This document shows positions 25,100 through 40,000 of a stretch of 64,000 nucleotides of DNA, in pieces; within the stretch, counting starts at the first letter, position 1; the number at the start of each line of letters is the position of its first letter. The notes under the pieces are model-generated. The model made no database searches. It saw only the letters and a program-made list of their open reading frames with translations, and was not told where the DNA came from. Origin of the DNA: Saccostrea cucullata (lineage: Eukaryota); assembly GCF_032062105.1 (NCBI RefSeq), contig NW_026936636.1, positions 124,001 through 188,000 on the forward strand, given 5' to 3'. Made by a program: the position numbers and the translations under genes.

Positions 25100-28000
25100 G
25101 TAAGTTTTATAATCTTGATGCAGTTACTTATTACGTATACTTATATATACATTAATTTGTTCCTTTACCTGAAATCATTCCTTCTTTTTGGTGAAAAGTT
25201 CATGTACAAAGATAAACAATGCTCAATAACTCATATTAAAGTTTATAAAAAATAACAGGACATTAAATAAATGTTTATATTATGTCAATTGGTAGAACTA
25301 TAATAAAAAAAAAATACTATTTAAAACTACGAAAGGAAGTTATAATGGTGATTGGTCCATTTATGGACTGTTTGAGAAGAGTGATCAGAATTCTATTCTG
25401 CGTTATAAAATTTAGAACATGTAAGTAGTTTTATTGTAGCAGAGTTCTACTTGTTTTATAATCATTCAGTAATAATTGGTAGCTGTTTATAAGTGCTTAA
25501 CATATATATTTCCATAGGCATTATGCTTAACTTAAGATACTGTAAATCAGAATTTAATCGTGAGAACTTTATTTTCGCGTAATTATGTGAGTCTGTCAGC
25601 TTACAAATATTATTCTCATATGTATTTATAATATCAGAGGGTTATAAAACACAAATACCATATTTTGCAAAAAATTTGGTTTCTCTTAAGGAATGAATTT
25701 AATAGCTACCCAAGACATACTGTATATTAACCTGGATGGGGGCAGTTTACGCTTTATAAACCCTGAAGCAGTTTATGAAAAAGTATAAACTGCTCCAACC
25801 CAGATTATATCAGTATACCTTGGGTAGCTATTAAATTCATTCCTTATAACTTAATATTTAATCACTAATTGTAGAAATTAAGATTATTTCCCCTTCAAAA
25901 ATGTCTTTAAATTGCACATAAATGTAAAGTCAAGTGGATTGATACGTTTTTGACGTCAGTCATTGTGACGTAGACAACCCAGGTTATTCGTTATAAAATA
26001 ATTTTTTATTCAATCAAATGATGCATTACAAACAAAAATTATTGATAAATATCATGTAGTTATATCTTTTAAATAAAGGTGTCGTGAAAGTATAGTAGAT
26101 TTAAGGCATTCAAGACTATACTTGTACATGAAATAAACTTTTTCTGGTCTTATTGAAGACAGATGATTACTGTAAACCAAGTATTATACGCGTGCGATAA
26201 ATATCCGCGAGTTCCAAAAGTAACACACTGCTCGGTGTTTGATATTTAATCTTTATTAAACAGTTGTTCATTTTCTTCACATGACTGTTATGATTAGAGT
26301 TATTTGCCCTTTTTTGAATACCGATACCGATACAATGATTATCTTGTAAAAACTTTAATGTACTAGAAGCACATAAATTCGAATTACAAACATTCGGTAA
26401 AAATTGTAAGAAACGAATGGCAAAACTTAATATATTTGTCTAAAAATGATTAAAATGTCAGTAATTATATCAGCTTGTGTTATTATTGTTCATTTATTGT
26501 CACAGACGAGTTAGAGATAAGCTGTTTAATTACGACTAATTATGGCCCAGTCTGCTCTGTCCAAACAATTTATAATAATTGTTCTTTGGCTTTGTAGCTC
26601 TCGGAAAGCGTCGATTAATTACTCAATTGGTATGAGGCACTTTCACACTTTCACAATTGGAGCTTTTTTTTTAAAATCAACTCTGTTCTCCTCAATTTTT
26701 TTTCCGATTTTCATTCTATCGTCGTGAATGATAACATTTTACTTTAACTATAGGAACGGATATAAGATTTTAAATGGACGCAATGCACAGAATGTCTTAA
26801 ATAATGCGTAAGCAGTACTCAAGGTAGCATTTTACTTAGTTTATGGACAGATTTAAGATTTTAATTTGATGCCTAAAATACGTGTGGAAATTTAAAAAAA
26901 ATGTGACCACTTGTTCGCGGAAATAAATCGTCGCGGATTGGTTCTCTAGCGGTCAGTCGCGAATAAAAAATGACGCGTATAATAATTGGTTTACAGTATA
27001 TTGACAAACTTACCAGAATTATAAAAAAATCTCTGTTCTGTAAACTGATGGATATAAATCAATGGGGAATTCCCAAAGATAATAGATAGTCTTTTCTTAT
27101 CACCCACTCTCTGTTAATAATAAAAGGATGATATTTGATACAAATGTCTTATTTATTTTGATGAGGACAGAAAAAAAGTTTGAACAATGACAGTCGTTTT
27201 ATAAATTGATTAGTGCCCACTCATTTTGAAAGTAAGTCAAAGGATCAAAGATCAGCTTAGTACAGTATTTAGTGTCTTATCAGTTATTTTCTGTTACATA
27301 AAGTTCAGAAGGATGGCCTATACATCTTTTTCGATCCATGAGTCAATTTTGAATGTTCATACATTTTGACCTGTTAATCTATTTTTACGATTCAAAAGTC
27401 TTAGTTGCATGCTATTGGAACAGAGTTTGAATGACTTAGATTTAAGTGATAATTTTGTTTCCTGCAATGTCTGAAGCCAAGAATCTATATTTATTTCTTA
27501 TCCCTTTCTGTATTATTTATTTACATCTGAAAGCTTGAGGAGATATAAACTGTATGAGTGAATTAAGATACAGTTAAATTTCAGTATCTCAAACACAGAT
27601 ATCTTGAATACCATGGATATGTCGTAGTCATTTTTTGGTCCCAACTTCTTATTTCTTGAGTATTTTACCCTGGAATCTCGAATCCTTTGTTATCTCAAAG
27701 TTTTTTCTCGATCCCTTTGAGTTGAAGATAATGAGGTTTGACTGTATGTGAGATTTAATACCTGCATGGCCAAGGTCAGGGCATCATGTTGGGTCAAGTT
27801 CATTAACAGAGGTCAAAGTTCAAATACACAAAGAATTTGCTTGCATTGTAATGGACTCTAAAGTACCACTTGCACGACAGTACATGATACATTGACATGA
27901 CTTGGGGGCAGTCCTTTATAACCAGTCCCCCAGTAGTGGATGCCATTTATCATGTGGTCTCAGACAAACTCGACCAAGGGCCACCATTACTGCAATAGGG

Positions 28001-31000
28001 TACTCCCTGAGGGACCACTTATCCTGCTTCCTATTGGAATCACTCTGCATAAACAAACAACTAATTAGCTTCAATTGTCATTTCCAAACATTTGGATGGG
28101 ACAGAGACAGACATTCTTTAGCATAGGGCAATTGTTGCTGGCATTGATTTGCAGTCTGTTGCATTCCTAACACTATTCCTGAGGGGAGGAAAAAGTTGAA
28201 CTTTCTTGGTGTTTTTTTGAATTGTGTTTCCTGTATAATTGATCATTCATGTATTCTGTTTTCTATATGTGGAATCTAATCAATACCACATATTATCATT
28301 CATAACTGCAGGGGGAGTCTGGAAAAGTTGATGTGGATTTTTAAAGTTTGGTCATGTTTTAATATCTATTCACCATGGAGGTATGATAAAGTAAGAAGTT
28401 CATTAGCTGGTCTGTGGGGTTCTTAATACTTACTCTTGATGAAAACTGCTCCCTAAACTATTCCCATTGGCAGTTTTGCAGTGATTGCAAAGCGGTGACA
28501 ACATGTGACACTGTTACATAGATTGGATTTTTTGTTTCTGATTGTTAACCATGGAGACAGAGCCATCAGATGGTGAGTTATTAAAAAGTTCTCTTGTGTG
28601 GATATAAGCTGACCCAAAGTGATTGGTCAGTTTGTAAAGTTTTTGCAAAATAACCAGTCCCTTGTTTCAGTTGGAATTCATTGAAGAAGAATAAGATAAT
28701 TTAATTACAGCAAAGACCTTACTGTGCTGGGGGGGGGGGGGGGGTGTTAATGATAATTGCTACAATTGTTTTAAAAAATTTGGATTATTTGACCATAATG
28801 GTGCATTTTAAATTTAAAAAGTTCACATTTGTAAGCCAACATATTTGCAACATCCAATTTCTTTTTATTATTTTTTGATTCTTTTGGAATGAAATTGCTT
28901 TTCCTGAGCAAATAAAGGAAAGGATTAGAAGAATGAATTACATGTATAATATTTTTACAAAAAGAAAGTTTTTTTAGGTAAGGATTGAATTTCTTTGCTA
29001 AATTCTGGAAGATAAACTGTTTGGGGATCTATGTGACATTATGTTGTAATTAGTGGTTTCATTTATTTTGTTTTTATTTCTTTTCTTTTGTTTTCACCTG
29101 CAGAAAACAGGTGTGATCATGCTGCACATAGTTTAGTAGAGATGGTCTTTCTATATTGCTTCACATTACACTAGCACCAGTTGGACAATGTAGATTAAAT
29201 ATTAAATATTCCATTTCTTGCTGATGCAACTATATTTTTTTCAAAATGAAGTAGACACAAGATCTCTATTAGAAAATCTAAAGAAAGTAAGCAATTATGG
29301 GAGAAAAAAAGTTGAATAATCAGAAAATTGTTGGCTTGAGGAATTTGTCAATCAAGTGCTGTATGAGGTGAAGGGCCTCCTAATATTGATTCAGTGGTCC
29401 AGCATGACTCATTTGCTTTATTGACGATAGTCTCTAGTTCCAGAGTCAGAATCTTTATAGAACTATACAGAATGATCGCAATTATGACTAATGCTGTACT
29501 TCTAGGTACCTTCAGATCTTCATCAGATGGGCTTTATGTTTATAATTTTATTGTCAATTTATGGGTATTGTAAGGTATAGAAAAGTACTTGTCAAACATT
29601 TTGTAGTGGAGGTCTTTGCCAATTAATGATTGTGCTGTGCAAAAGAGCTGGTCAAAAATTGTTGGTAGTATTGGAAGAGTAATTGTGTCTACTTTATGTG
29701 CAATATCAACAAATTTGAGCAGTGTACAGTAAAATTTTGATATATGTGAATCATTGAGATATACAGTACACAGAAAGGTTTGACAGCACTAATGATTATA
29801 CTTTGTGGTCTGTATCACAAAGTCATAGAAATTTATTTGCCTTCTCTATGAGGCAAGGTCCACCATACCATATAGCATAACTTTTAAATCTAATGAAACA
29901 ACACCGAAACAAAATTGAAACATTGCATATGCTTCTTTAGAGGTCTTCCTGCTGGTTCGATGTAATATAAACATTTCTTCCATGTGTTTTTATTTGTAGG
30001 TGGATGGGTCACTTCTGTCAAAACGTGGACAGTATCAGTTGCCAAGCGATAGTGTACATAATTTATCTAAAAAATGCAGAACATTGCCAAGGCCGTAAAC
30101 TAAACTCATCTTCCTTTTTTCATCTGTAAATGTTCTTGATTTGTCAGTAAAACTAATTAAAAGCTGTGTCAGTTAATTATTGGATGGTTACAGCTGAACT
30201 TTTTGATAGTGAAGCAACCAAAATCTGTGCTTAAAGGGTGCACATTTCTTTTCATTTTGTTTGTTGATACATCTTCCTGTATAGAAAGATCAAAGGGTTG
30301 CACAGGTGCATTAAATGTGATGCAACTAATTCTCCTTATCCCAAAATGCAAACGAGTTCAAGAAAAGAGGCAAGATTGCAATGCAATATTACTGATTCTT
30401 GAACTGGCACGTGCACCAAGTCAGGGTACAAGTCTGATTCAATTGAAAAGTAAAATGTTGTCTGGAAAATCATCTTTGAACATCATTTCTGTGGATATAG
30501 ATGATATGTTGGGTCGTATATCTTAATACGGTGAATTAATATGTGATGGTCAGACATCTTGAAGTTATAGCAATCAATAGTCTGTCTGATGATGCTGTAA
30601 TCTGTAGAATGCAGTAAAGGCATCTGAGCCTGGAATATTGTCCCTCATATATCACACAGGTAATTAGGTCTGCTGCAGCCAGTATAAAAAGGATCAAAAT
30701 ACATGTATCAGGAGTAATAAAGGTTGTAAACAAACTTTTCTGATTTAAAAAAAAAGGTACTCAGTAGATGTTAGTTTGGTTATACTGGATAGATGCAGCT
30801 ATGTGAAAAAAAATGTACATATTTATGCATATTGTAGATTCCCCGCCCCCCCCTCCAAATCCAAGGAAATAAAGGCAGCTTTAGATTTAGATGTGTTCCA
30901 ATTCAGTACTAATAGATCTCCTTATTATAATATACATATTTTATTCTAGTGAGTTTCAGAGGTGTTTTGTTGCACTTCTTCTTGTAGACAGATGGTAGAC

Positions 31001-34000
31001 GTGTTATCCCATATAATAGCTCAGACAAGAGATTTTGGTGCAAGATTATTGTTTGCAGATGGCATTTATGTTCCATTGTACAATTTTTCTTTATTACTTA
31101 AGGTGTAATGAGTGTTTGGTGCTTATTTTGTATATTATAAGAATTCTTGGATCAATTTCATGAAGTGTTACATTTCTGATGCACCATTTCTATAACGGTT
31201 TAAAGCAATTCTGTCCAACTCTTCTGTAATTCTAAGAAATCTTCAATAAAAAAAATCTCATTCAAGTTTTTTTTAAGTTTCCGACAAACCCAGAAAAAAG
31301 AAAATCATTCTGCAAATACATGTTGTTTCTAATTATAGCGTGTTGAGATATTTTTCTGTGGGGATGGTTTTCAGTTATCTACAGTTGCTTTTAACATCTT
31401 TAGGATAAAGCCAGCACCTTCAGGGGCTTGCTCAGAAGAATTTCCTCTGATAAACACCAATACCTAAATGCAAAAAAAAAAAAAAAAAAAATGGGAGCCT
31501 AATTGTGTTTCTAGAGGAGGGCTCTCCTTCTTGTTTTAGAAAATTAAAAAATAGTTTTCATAATAGTAAATATGGAAATTTAAATAGAAACAAATAAGGA
31601 TGTTTTCTTGAAGCACTTGTATTATTTAATCAGGAAGTGCAAATGCATATTGTAACAATGTTATATGTAGGAGCTTTGATATTGGTTTCATGAATTCGAA
31701 AAAGAGGAAGTATAAACATAAATAAAAAATACCTAGAATTGGGCCTAAAATAATAAAATGGAAAACACATGTAAATTATATGCACTTTTTGACTTGTCTT
31801 TACCAGGGGCTTAAGTAAATGGCTGCACCGAGAGTCTTAAATATATTTTCTCTAATTGCCTTTTTATAGCTAATTGGCATACCTAAGTCGTGTCATCATA
31901 TATATGCGAATTATTTAATCAGCGAAGTTTGTTTATTATTTTTTTTTCACACCACAAGATTGAAGCATTACTAAACTTAGCATTAGTAAAAAAGTGTGAT
32001 GAATGAAGATGGGTTTACACCCAACAGAATTTGCTTGCCCCTGGGGTTAGGAGAATTAGAAGTCAGTGTGGGTTTTGAGATGGGCCCCACATGTAACGAA
32101 GATAAAGATGAAAGAAGGTTGTGATGGAAGTTTAGATTGTATTTGCAGTGGATGAAAACATGCAAACCTTGTATGATGGTATCGTATTAAGCCGTATCAG
32201 CTTTAATTTTCTCCTGCACTCTTTTTCATCATTTGATCAGCATCTTTTTAAGTTTAAAATTAAACAAGAGAAAAAAGTAAAGTTTTATATCTATTTATTA
32301 GTACATGTAGTAGTAAACTGGTTTTGTATCTCAAGATGAATAAGATAATGAGGGATGTCTCAAGGGTCTGTTTGTTAATGAATTTTTTTATACCTTCTCT
32401 GAAAAAAAGGAGTACAATTGGTTGCTTTAACATTATACATGTACATATGCTTCCTGCTCTGCCAGTTGGTATACAGCAATGGATTTTCAGATTTTATTAA
32501 GCAGAGTTTATCGCCCAGTAGTACACCAGTATGTTGAATGTATTTCATACCTTCCCGGCAATCAGCAACTGTATTGTATCCATAATTCATGATTGATCTG
32601 GCCAAGGTACCCAGTGAATGACAGTTTTGGTGCATATACAGCCAACAGTTGGAGATTATAGACATATTAAGACAGGACGTGTAATTATTGTGCTTATTTT
32701 TTTTTCGTAGAAAAGAGCCCCGGGGCTAAGATGCTGAAGAAGGCGAGGTCCTTCCGGGATGATGTGAAGGGATACCTACGTCGACGATCTTCAGCATCGC
32801 AGCATGAGGCGGCCATCACGGAGGCCAAGTACCGACACAGCAAGTCGTACTCCATGCCAGTGGACACCCCAACGGAAAACCCAGCTCTCACTGACAAAGT
32901 AGGTATCCTGTGGTAATAAAGGGGGGGGGTGTCAGTTGGTCTGTGATTAGGTGTCACTGTTTATGGAAGTAGAGATTGTGCATGTAATAGTTAATGTTAT
33001 CCGATTATAGGAAAAAATGGGTTGTTTTACTTTGCATAATTTTTTGACTGAAATACGAAGAATAATGCTATACTGGAGAGGTGTAACACACTGGATAAAA
33101 CTGCAACAGATGAAAAGTACTTGGTTAAGTGTAGTAACTTGAACATTTTTGGATACTTGACTTAGGGGGATCGATGGACAGATTGATAGATCAGATAAAA
33201 AATGAAAAGGAATAACTTCATAGGTATAAATTAAAGTACATGTATATTCACCAAAAAAGTTGGAAAACATTGAGCTTGTTAGTTCAAAAGGGCAAATAAT
33301 AAATTATGACTGACATTTGATTCTGCATTTATGATACGAAGGTATGTTTTTTGCCATGAAATCAGGCAAGTACTTGCTACGATGCAGTATATTTTGCACA
33401 GAGACATCAAATATTAAAAAGTTAAAACTCTTAAATCTGCTGTGTATGCAAATTAAGGCTTTATCACAGTAGAGATTAAGGGATAAAGCTAGTCTCTAAT
33501 ACAGTTTTTCCTACATCCAAGGGCCCATTGTGTCAGCAAATGTACATTTATTTAAGGAGAGATTCTTCAGCTGTCATATTATGAAAAAATCTATAAATCC
33601 ACACTGCAAAACCTTTTCATGAAAAATTCATGCATTTGTATCTTTTGGCACACAGATAAGCAATTGCACTTCATAATATTCAGAATATGTGATTTTGCGA
33701 TTTGTGCATCAAGAGAAAAAATACTAAGCTCCTTGGAATCACAGGTATCAATTTACAATTGTGGTTCATCTTAATCATGGTGGAAGAATGAGGAAAACTT
33801 GACAGTGATGATAGCTGCTCCCTAACAGTTTGATTGCAGTAATTGCACATTCAGGAGATCACTGTTATCAGTTTCACACAATAATGTTGTGTCATCGTCT
33901 GCATGTCACTTGATTGCCATGTTTTTTTTGTTTTTTTTTTGGTGGCAGTCTTGTCTTTGTCCTTTTTTGTAGGAGATTAATAGCTTAGTGCAAAATAGAC

Positions 34001-37000
34001 CTAGCATGTTTTACAACTCATTTCTTTTGAAATACCACACCCAGACCCACATAAAAGTTTGTGATTGTGTTTTAACTGAGAGAGTAGAGGGTATAGTAGA
34101 AATGTAGGGAAGAAGGTAACATAGTCAATTACATTAGACTGGTTATCTTTTTTTTCAGTAGTTCAATTTGATTTATTGATATTTGATTTTTATTTAAAAT
34201 ATGCATGTGGTTTATGTTTGAGTAATTGTATTTCAGAATAAAGAAAAGGACAGTCTCAAAACTAAAAACAAAGTGAGTAATGCACTGTGATAAATTCTGG
34301 ATCATTTATATCTATCTGGCTTAAATGGATTCTTAGCTCACCGGAATTGAGAAACGAGCTTTTCTGATCAAATTTTTGTCTGTAAGTTCAGTTTTGTTTG
34401 TTTGAACTGATTTCTGTTAACCCAGTGTTCTGTACTTTTTCTCCAAAATGCATGTGTTGGTCTCAAAACTTGGTATAAATGTATTTCTAATGATCTTGAA
34501 GAGTAACTTCTCAGTTCTGGAACCATCAAACTTTGATGCCATCAATCTGGTGACTAGTACCACTAATTACATAGTAACAAAGACTTCATAAGTCTTTTTC
34601 ACTTCTTATCACATTTGGTAACTATATTTTGTTAGTAATGGAGGAGAGGTTTGCCATTTTATATGATATAAATTCAAAGATGGACTGATTGTGAGATACA
34701 TCCTTTCCTTTTTCATTAAATCTCAAATCAATGCAAATTTTTATGTAAATTAATCCTAGGTAAAATTTTTAATTAATTTTTATATCAGTTAATAACATGA
34801 TCTCTAGTGAGGTGAGCTTTGTGGTCCATGGATGCTTTGCTTCGATTTTTCTTTTTCTGCTTAGCTAATTCAGCTCAAATTTGTCCAATGCCGTATTTCC
34901 TAATGCTGCATTCCCCGAAAAGATTTATTCCGTCTATAAATTTGTATGAACAAAACTTGTTGCAGTGCTTTGTATTGTATATTTCCTGTTGTCCTTGACC
35001 TGTTGAAACAATGGTAAAGTTAGATCTAGTCACCATAGTTCAGGCTCTGACTGTCTGGCCAAGTGATGTAATAATCATATAGCACTTCAACATTGTACTT
35101 TTTAAGATGACTTCAGTGTCATGTGTGTTAATTAGCACGATTTTATGACCTGAAGGAAATATTTCATTTTTTACAATTCCTTTATTCAGTGCATGATAAG
35201 TCAGCAAAATCAGTGTTTTAACTTACGTTTGCCTGTTTGTCTGTCTGAGTTACAATTCTACCCCTTTGTCTTCTCTATACAGCTTTGAATTCCCTCATTA
35301 TTACTATTTTGAATGTAGTCTTTCAGAAATTTGATAAAGTTATTTCTATTTAGCAGATTTCCATTACATATTGGATAAATTTCATTTTTGGTCATTAAAA
35401 GATTGTTTGTTTAGAATTGCATCCTGTGGGTAGGGATGGGAGGGGGATGGGTCAATTCCAAGAGTGATGGTGGATAACTAAATTGCAAAAATAAAACTCC
35501 ATCAAAAACACATTATGTAATATGGAATAGATTGCAATAGAGTTCGAGGTCAAAGCAAGCATTGTTTGGAACCTGAGTTACATTTACAACTGGAAACTGA
35601 TACCTGTACTCAGCATTTACTAGGTTCTTTGTGTTTATAGTGTTGTCAGTATTAAGCTAGAATATGGATCATTCTTTTTATCTGAAGTTAAATAATTATT
35701 TGATGTCTCAATTTAAAAAATATATTTTCCACGAAACCTGTCCATTGTTTTTGTGTAATAGACCCATATTTTGACTTGGGAAAGTTATCTGTCTTTATAA
35801 AGCTTACTTTTGAACTGATAAACAATGATAGTTCTCACCATTTCCTGTGATACTAAGTCACTGGCTTTTCCTATAAGTAGAAAAATATCACAGGCTTTTC
35901 CTGTGACCCTGCGTCAGACAGCTGTCTCTAACAGCTATAAAATAAAAAAATCATGTAAAATGTAAACAAGTAGTCAGAGATATACAACCTATTTGTCATA
36001 GTGACATTATAAAGTAATATATTAAATATAATTCAGGGAAATGGCAGTCTAAGTGAATGCCCATCAATAGTGGAATGTTTATTATTTCAAGAAAAAAAAT
36101 TATGCATGACTTCCCTCTTCCCGTCACAAGTATTGGGTCCACTTGACACGCAAAGTGTGCAAAATTTTATCATTCTTCAGCCAAGGTTAAAGGATACATT
36201 TTATGTGTTGGCAAAAAACAATGATGAATATTGGATTTCCATTTATAGGCAGATTTAATGTGCTGCACTTGTAAATGGAACAGTTGGCCTTATTAACATT
36301 GTAAATTCTCTATTGATCTTGGTGAAACGGCACAGTGTGTGGATTGTTTTTATTTTGAGGGGGGAGGAAGGTCGATTCACCTGGTTACTTCCCCCTAAGG
36401 TGCCAAAGTTAGGAATAGAGGAAGCTGCAGCAGACAGATTTTTTTTCTTCTCTGGATTCCCCCAGTGGAGGATTCCTCACTGCTAAGTGAGCCATGTTCT
36501 CTTGTCTGTGATCATCTATATATACGTATTGGATCCAGAAAGACGTTAGGGGGCTAAACACAGCATCCCACTCACCCAGATGCTAAGGCAGTTTGATTGA
36601 CTGAATAATATTGAGTGAATCACACATGTCGGATGGCTGTGGGATAAGGGATTTCTGTTTGATCTTCTACACTCCATTTCTTTTGACCTGTGAAAAACAG
36701 TAAAGGACTTGTGAACCTGGAAGATTTTAGGATTCAGATTTGAGAGAGAGAAAAAAATCTTACCTCATCTTTATTGTCAGTGGTTGAATAATTCCCAAGA
36801 GAATTAGGTGTTTGGGGGAAATATTGGTTTTTGTGTACTTGAGTGAAAAAGAGAGAAGCACTTGTATTCCTGTTGATGGATATGGGATTTTAACCTTAAT
36901 ATATAATGTTAGTAAACAGTGGTTAAACAGGCATTACAAGTTTTATGATGGGAAAAAGCAGTACTTTGGGCAAAAAGAAGAAGTTGAAAGCTGAAGCTCC

Positions 37001-40000
37001 TATCCAGGTAAAGTCTACGAGATTTAATGATCGATCCACCATTCATCTGATTCTTCTAAGAGTTTTACTTATAGTTACCTTACTATGAATAATTTAATTG
37101 ATTGAGGAAGTGCAGGCTATTTATTTTTAATGTGGCAGAGGTGTCTAAATTTAGAATCAGCATGACAAAGTGAATTATATGTTAGACAAAACAACGTCAA
37201 CCTTTTGTAACAGGATTCTTTGTGACAGTAATATTCAGGAAATATATTTATTTAAATTTGGCTGTTTAGGAAATGCAGTAATGATAACTTGTTTGCAGTT
37301 CCTTTTCCTCAATAGTTTTACTTCTTTGATCAAAGGGTAGATTTCCTTTTTTCCTGTGTGGGTAATTGGGGCTCAACAGCTGTCCAATTCCGAGTCCCTC
37401 TCAATCTCGAGCAACACACAAACCCCGATTACCATTACGTTACCTCAGTATCTGAACCTTTAAATTACATTTATTAAAACGGCAACCTGGCTTTTTGATC
37501 AGTTGTTTTCTTAATACAACAGGATGCATGATTCATTGAAGATGTATTTCTTATAAGCCTGTAGTCATCATCATCCGCTTGTCTGGTGTGGTGCAACATT
37601 CAGGCTGAAGGGATCACCACAATTTACACTGAAAAGGAGTGAAAGCAGTCCTATGTAAACAAGTGGTAGTTTTACTTTGATGATGGAAAAATAATGAAAA
37701 AAATGTTTTCTTTTCTTTCTAGAAACTAAATTTCGTTTCAGTGTCATTGGTGTTCTTGGTACAAAATGTAGTCATATATTGAAGTTTCAGTAGAAAACTG
37801 TGACCGGTTTAATCCACTCTTAAAAATTTGAATATAATTGTGCAAGTATATGATTAAGATTTGATTAATTTCTAAATCTTTTTCTTTTAGATTAGCTTTA
37901 GTTGTTACATTTCATATCACCAATTGGTCAGAAATTAGAAAAGTAGATTATAAAGAAGATAAACACACATTACATAAGAAGTGGTAAGAAAAATTCAGAT
38001 TCTTCTGTTGGTTAATATTAAAAGCTAATGGAGTGAGTTGATGAAGAAGTTAGGGACTTGGTGATGGCTGATTAGATAGGTTTCCTGCTGAGACTAAGTG
38101 GCTGTTTATTTATCCATCACAATCTTTGTATAATGGCTACATCTTAGAAATCCAATCTTGTGCAAGATTTCAAGGAAAATGTGGAGAAACAAAGAGAGGG
38201 TTAAGGAGAGGCTTTGTTATACATTTTCTCTGGTCTTTTGGTTTTGTTAGTTTTTGTTATGAGGGGAAAAAAAAGAACTTGGGCTGTTCAGGACAAATAT
38301 TGTCTTACTCTAGCTGGACCACAAAAAAATGGTAAATTGATTAACCATTTGTGTACATATCAGTGAGGCTGATTTGCACATTGATGAAAATTCTCCCTGG
38401 CAGAAAGATTTTTCTGCTGAAGCGAGTAAAATGTTTTACAATGTCTGAATGATAGAGAAGGATTGTAGATTTATCTGAAATCAATAAGAAACAAAAGTTT
38501 ATGTAGGGGGTAGGAGGACGGAATCAATCAGGACATTCCCCCAAGGCATAAAAAGAAACCCCAGATTAGTTACAGGGCAACAAGTAATTCATAACAATAT
38601 TCTTTGGCAGAAAAGAAGAGGTTGGTGCATTAGTCAAATGAGCCCTCTGTGACTATAGCTGTCCCTTGATCTCGAAAGGCCATACCATTATTGTTACAGA
38701 TATAGTCAATAAAATAGCATTATTTGTTTTAAAGGCAATGCTTGGGCAATCCACTTTATTGAGCAAAAAAAAAGAACAACAGTATTGATGGGTTCCATAT
38801 TTCTACTTTTTTGCATTTTTTTTCTTTAATACTTTCTCTGAACTTGTGCCTGACTCTGGTATGGTTTCATGTTGGAATCATAACAAACGATATTAAATTT
38901 TAACAAACCTTTTCCATCTGTGTGATTGTGGTGTAGGGTGGTTAAAAGTAATAACTAAGCCAAACAGTTTGGTCAGATTCAGATGCTTTCATTGTAACAG
39001 TTTAGTTGACTGCTGTCTTTGTTAAAGGTGCTTTCTTTTTGCACCTGGAGTAATGTTTATTACGCACATGTGTCGTCTCGCATCAGTGATCAAAGAAAGA
39101 AATTTATCAAAGGTCGCAGATCTGATTTTTGTTCAGTCATTTAATTTTTCATCAAATATGGAAGAAGCAAAATAACTTTAAAGTGGTCTGAATATTACAA
39201 CGCATTATAGATAATGCAAAGTGCAGAATTTTAAATCAATTAGTTTTATGAACATAGGTTTATTGATTCAGTTATGCTAGAGTATCTTTTAAATGGCCTT
39301 GAATAATTTAAGGTTTAAGTTGTAACTTAATTTATGCTTATACGTCTTAATAATTACATGTTGTGAATTTGTGGGTGTTGAGAAAAACTGCATCTGTTAC
39401 AACACAGCATTGAGTAACGCAAAACCAAGTCTCAGGGAAAGTGTAATAACTTCAGAGCCAGATGATGAGGCAAATTTAGCAATGACTGTCTTCTTCAGAA
39501 GACAGATCCTTTGTCAGGCGTAGGGGGGATGAGGGAATTAGTCATTCTTAGAAGGACTGTGATCTAATTATCTGATTGCTTCACTAACTGACTCACAGTT
39601 CAATTAAATCAGCACTAATTAAGACCAGAAGCATGTCAGAATTTGTCTATTGTTCTGTAACACGTAGGATTTTCAGGGGGGATTGTCTCTTGGCGTTAAG
39701 GCACTGCATGTTGATTGTTTACTCTTAGCGTAATTGAAACATGTTCTTGATGATTACTTTGAATTTTTTCTTAGCTTTGGGGGATGTGCTTATTATTGAT
39801 GCTTTGTGGTGAAAATTTAATGAAAGAAAATTCTGATAAATCACGGTCATCCATTTTTCGAGACATGTAAACATGGTAAATATAAAGTGTTCACAACCTA
39901 TGTAATATAGCAGGTCAAGTGTGTGCTGTAGCACTTGTGAACTTTGGAGTTAAATTTCATTACAAAACTATTTAGGGCTGTGGTTATATTATAAGTTCTA

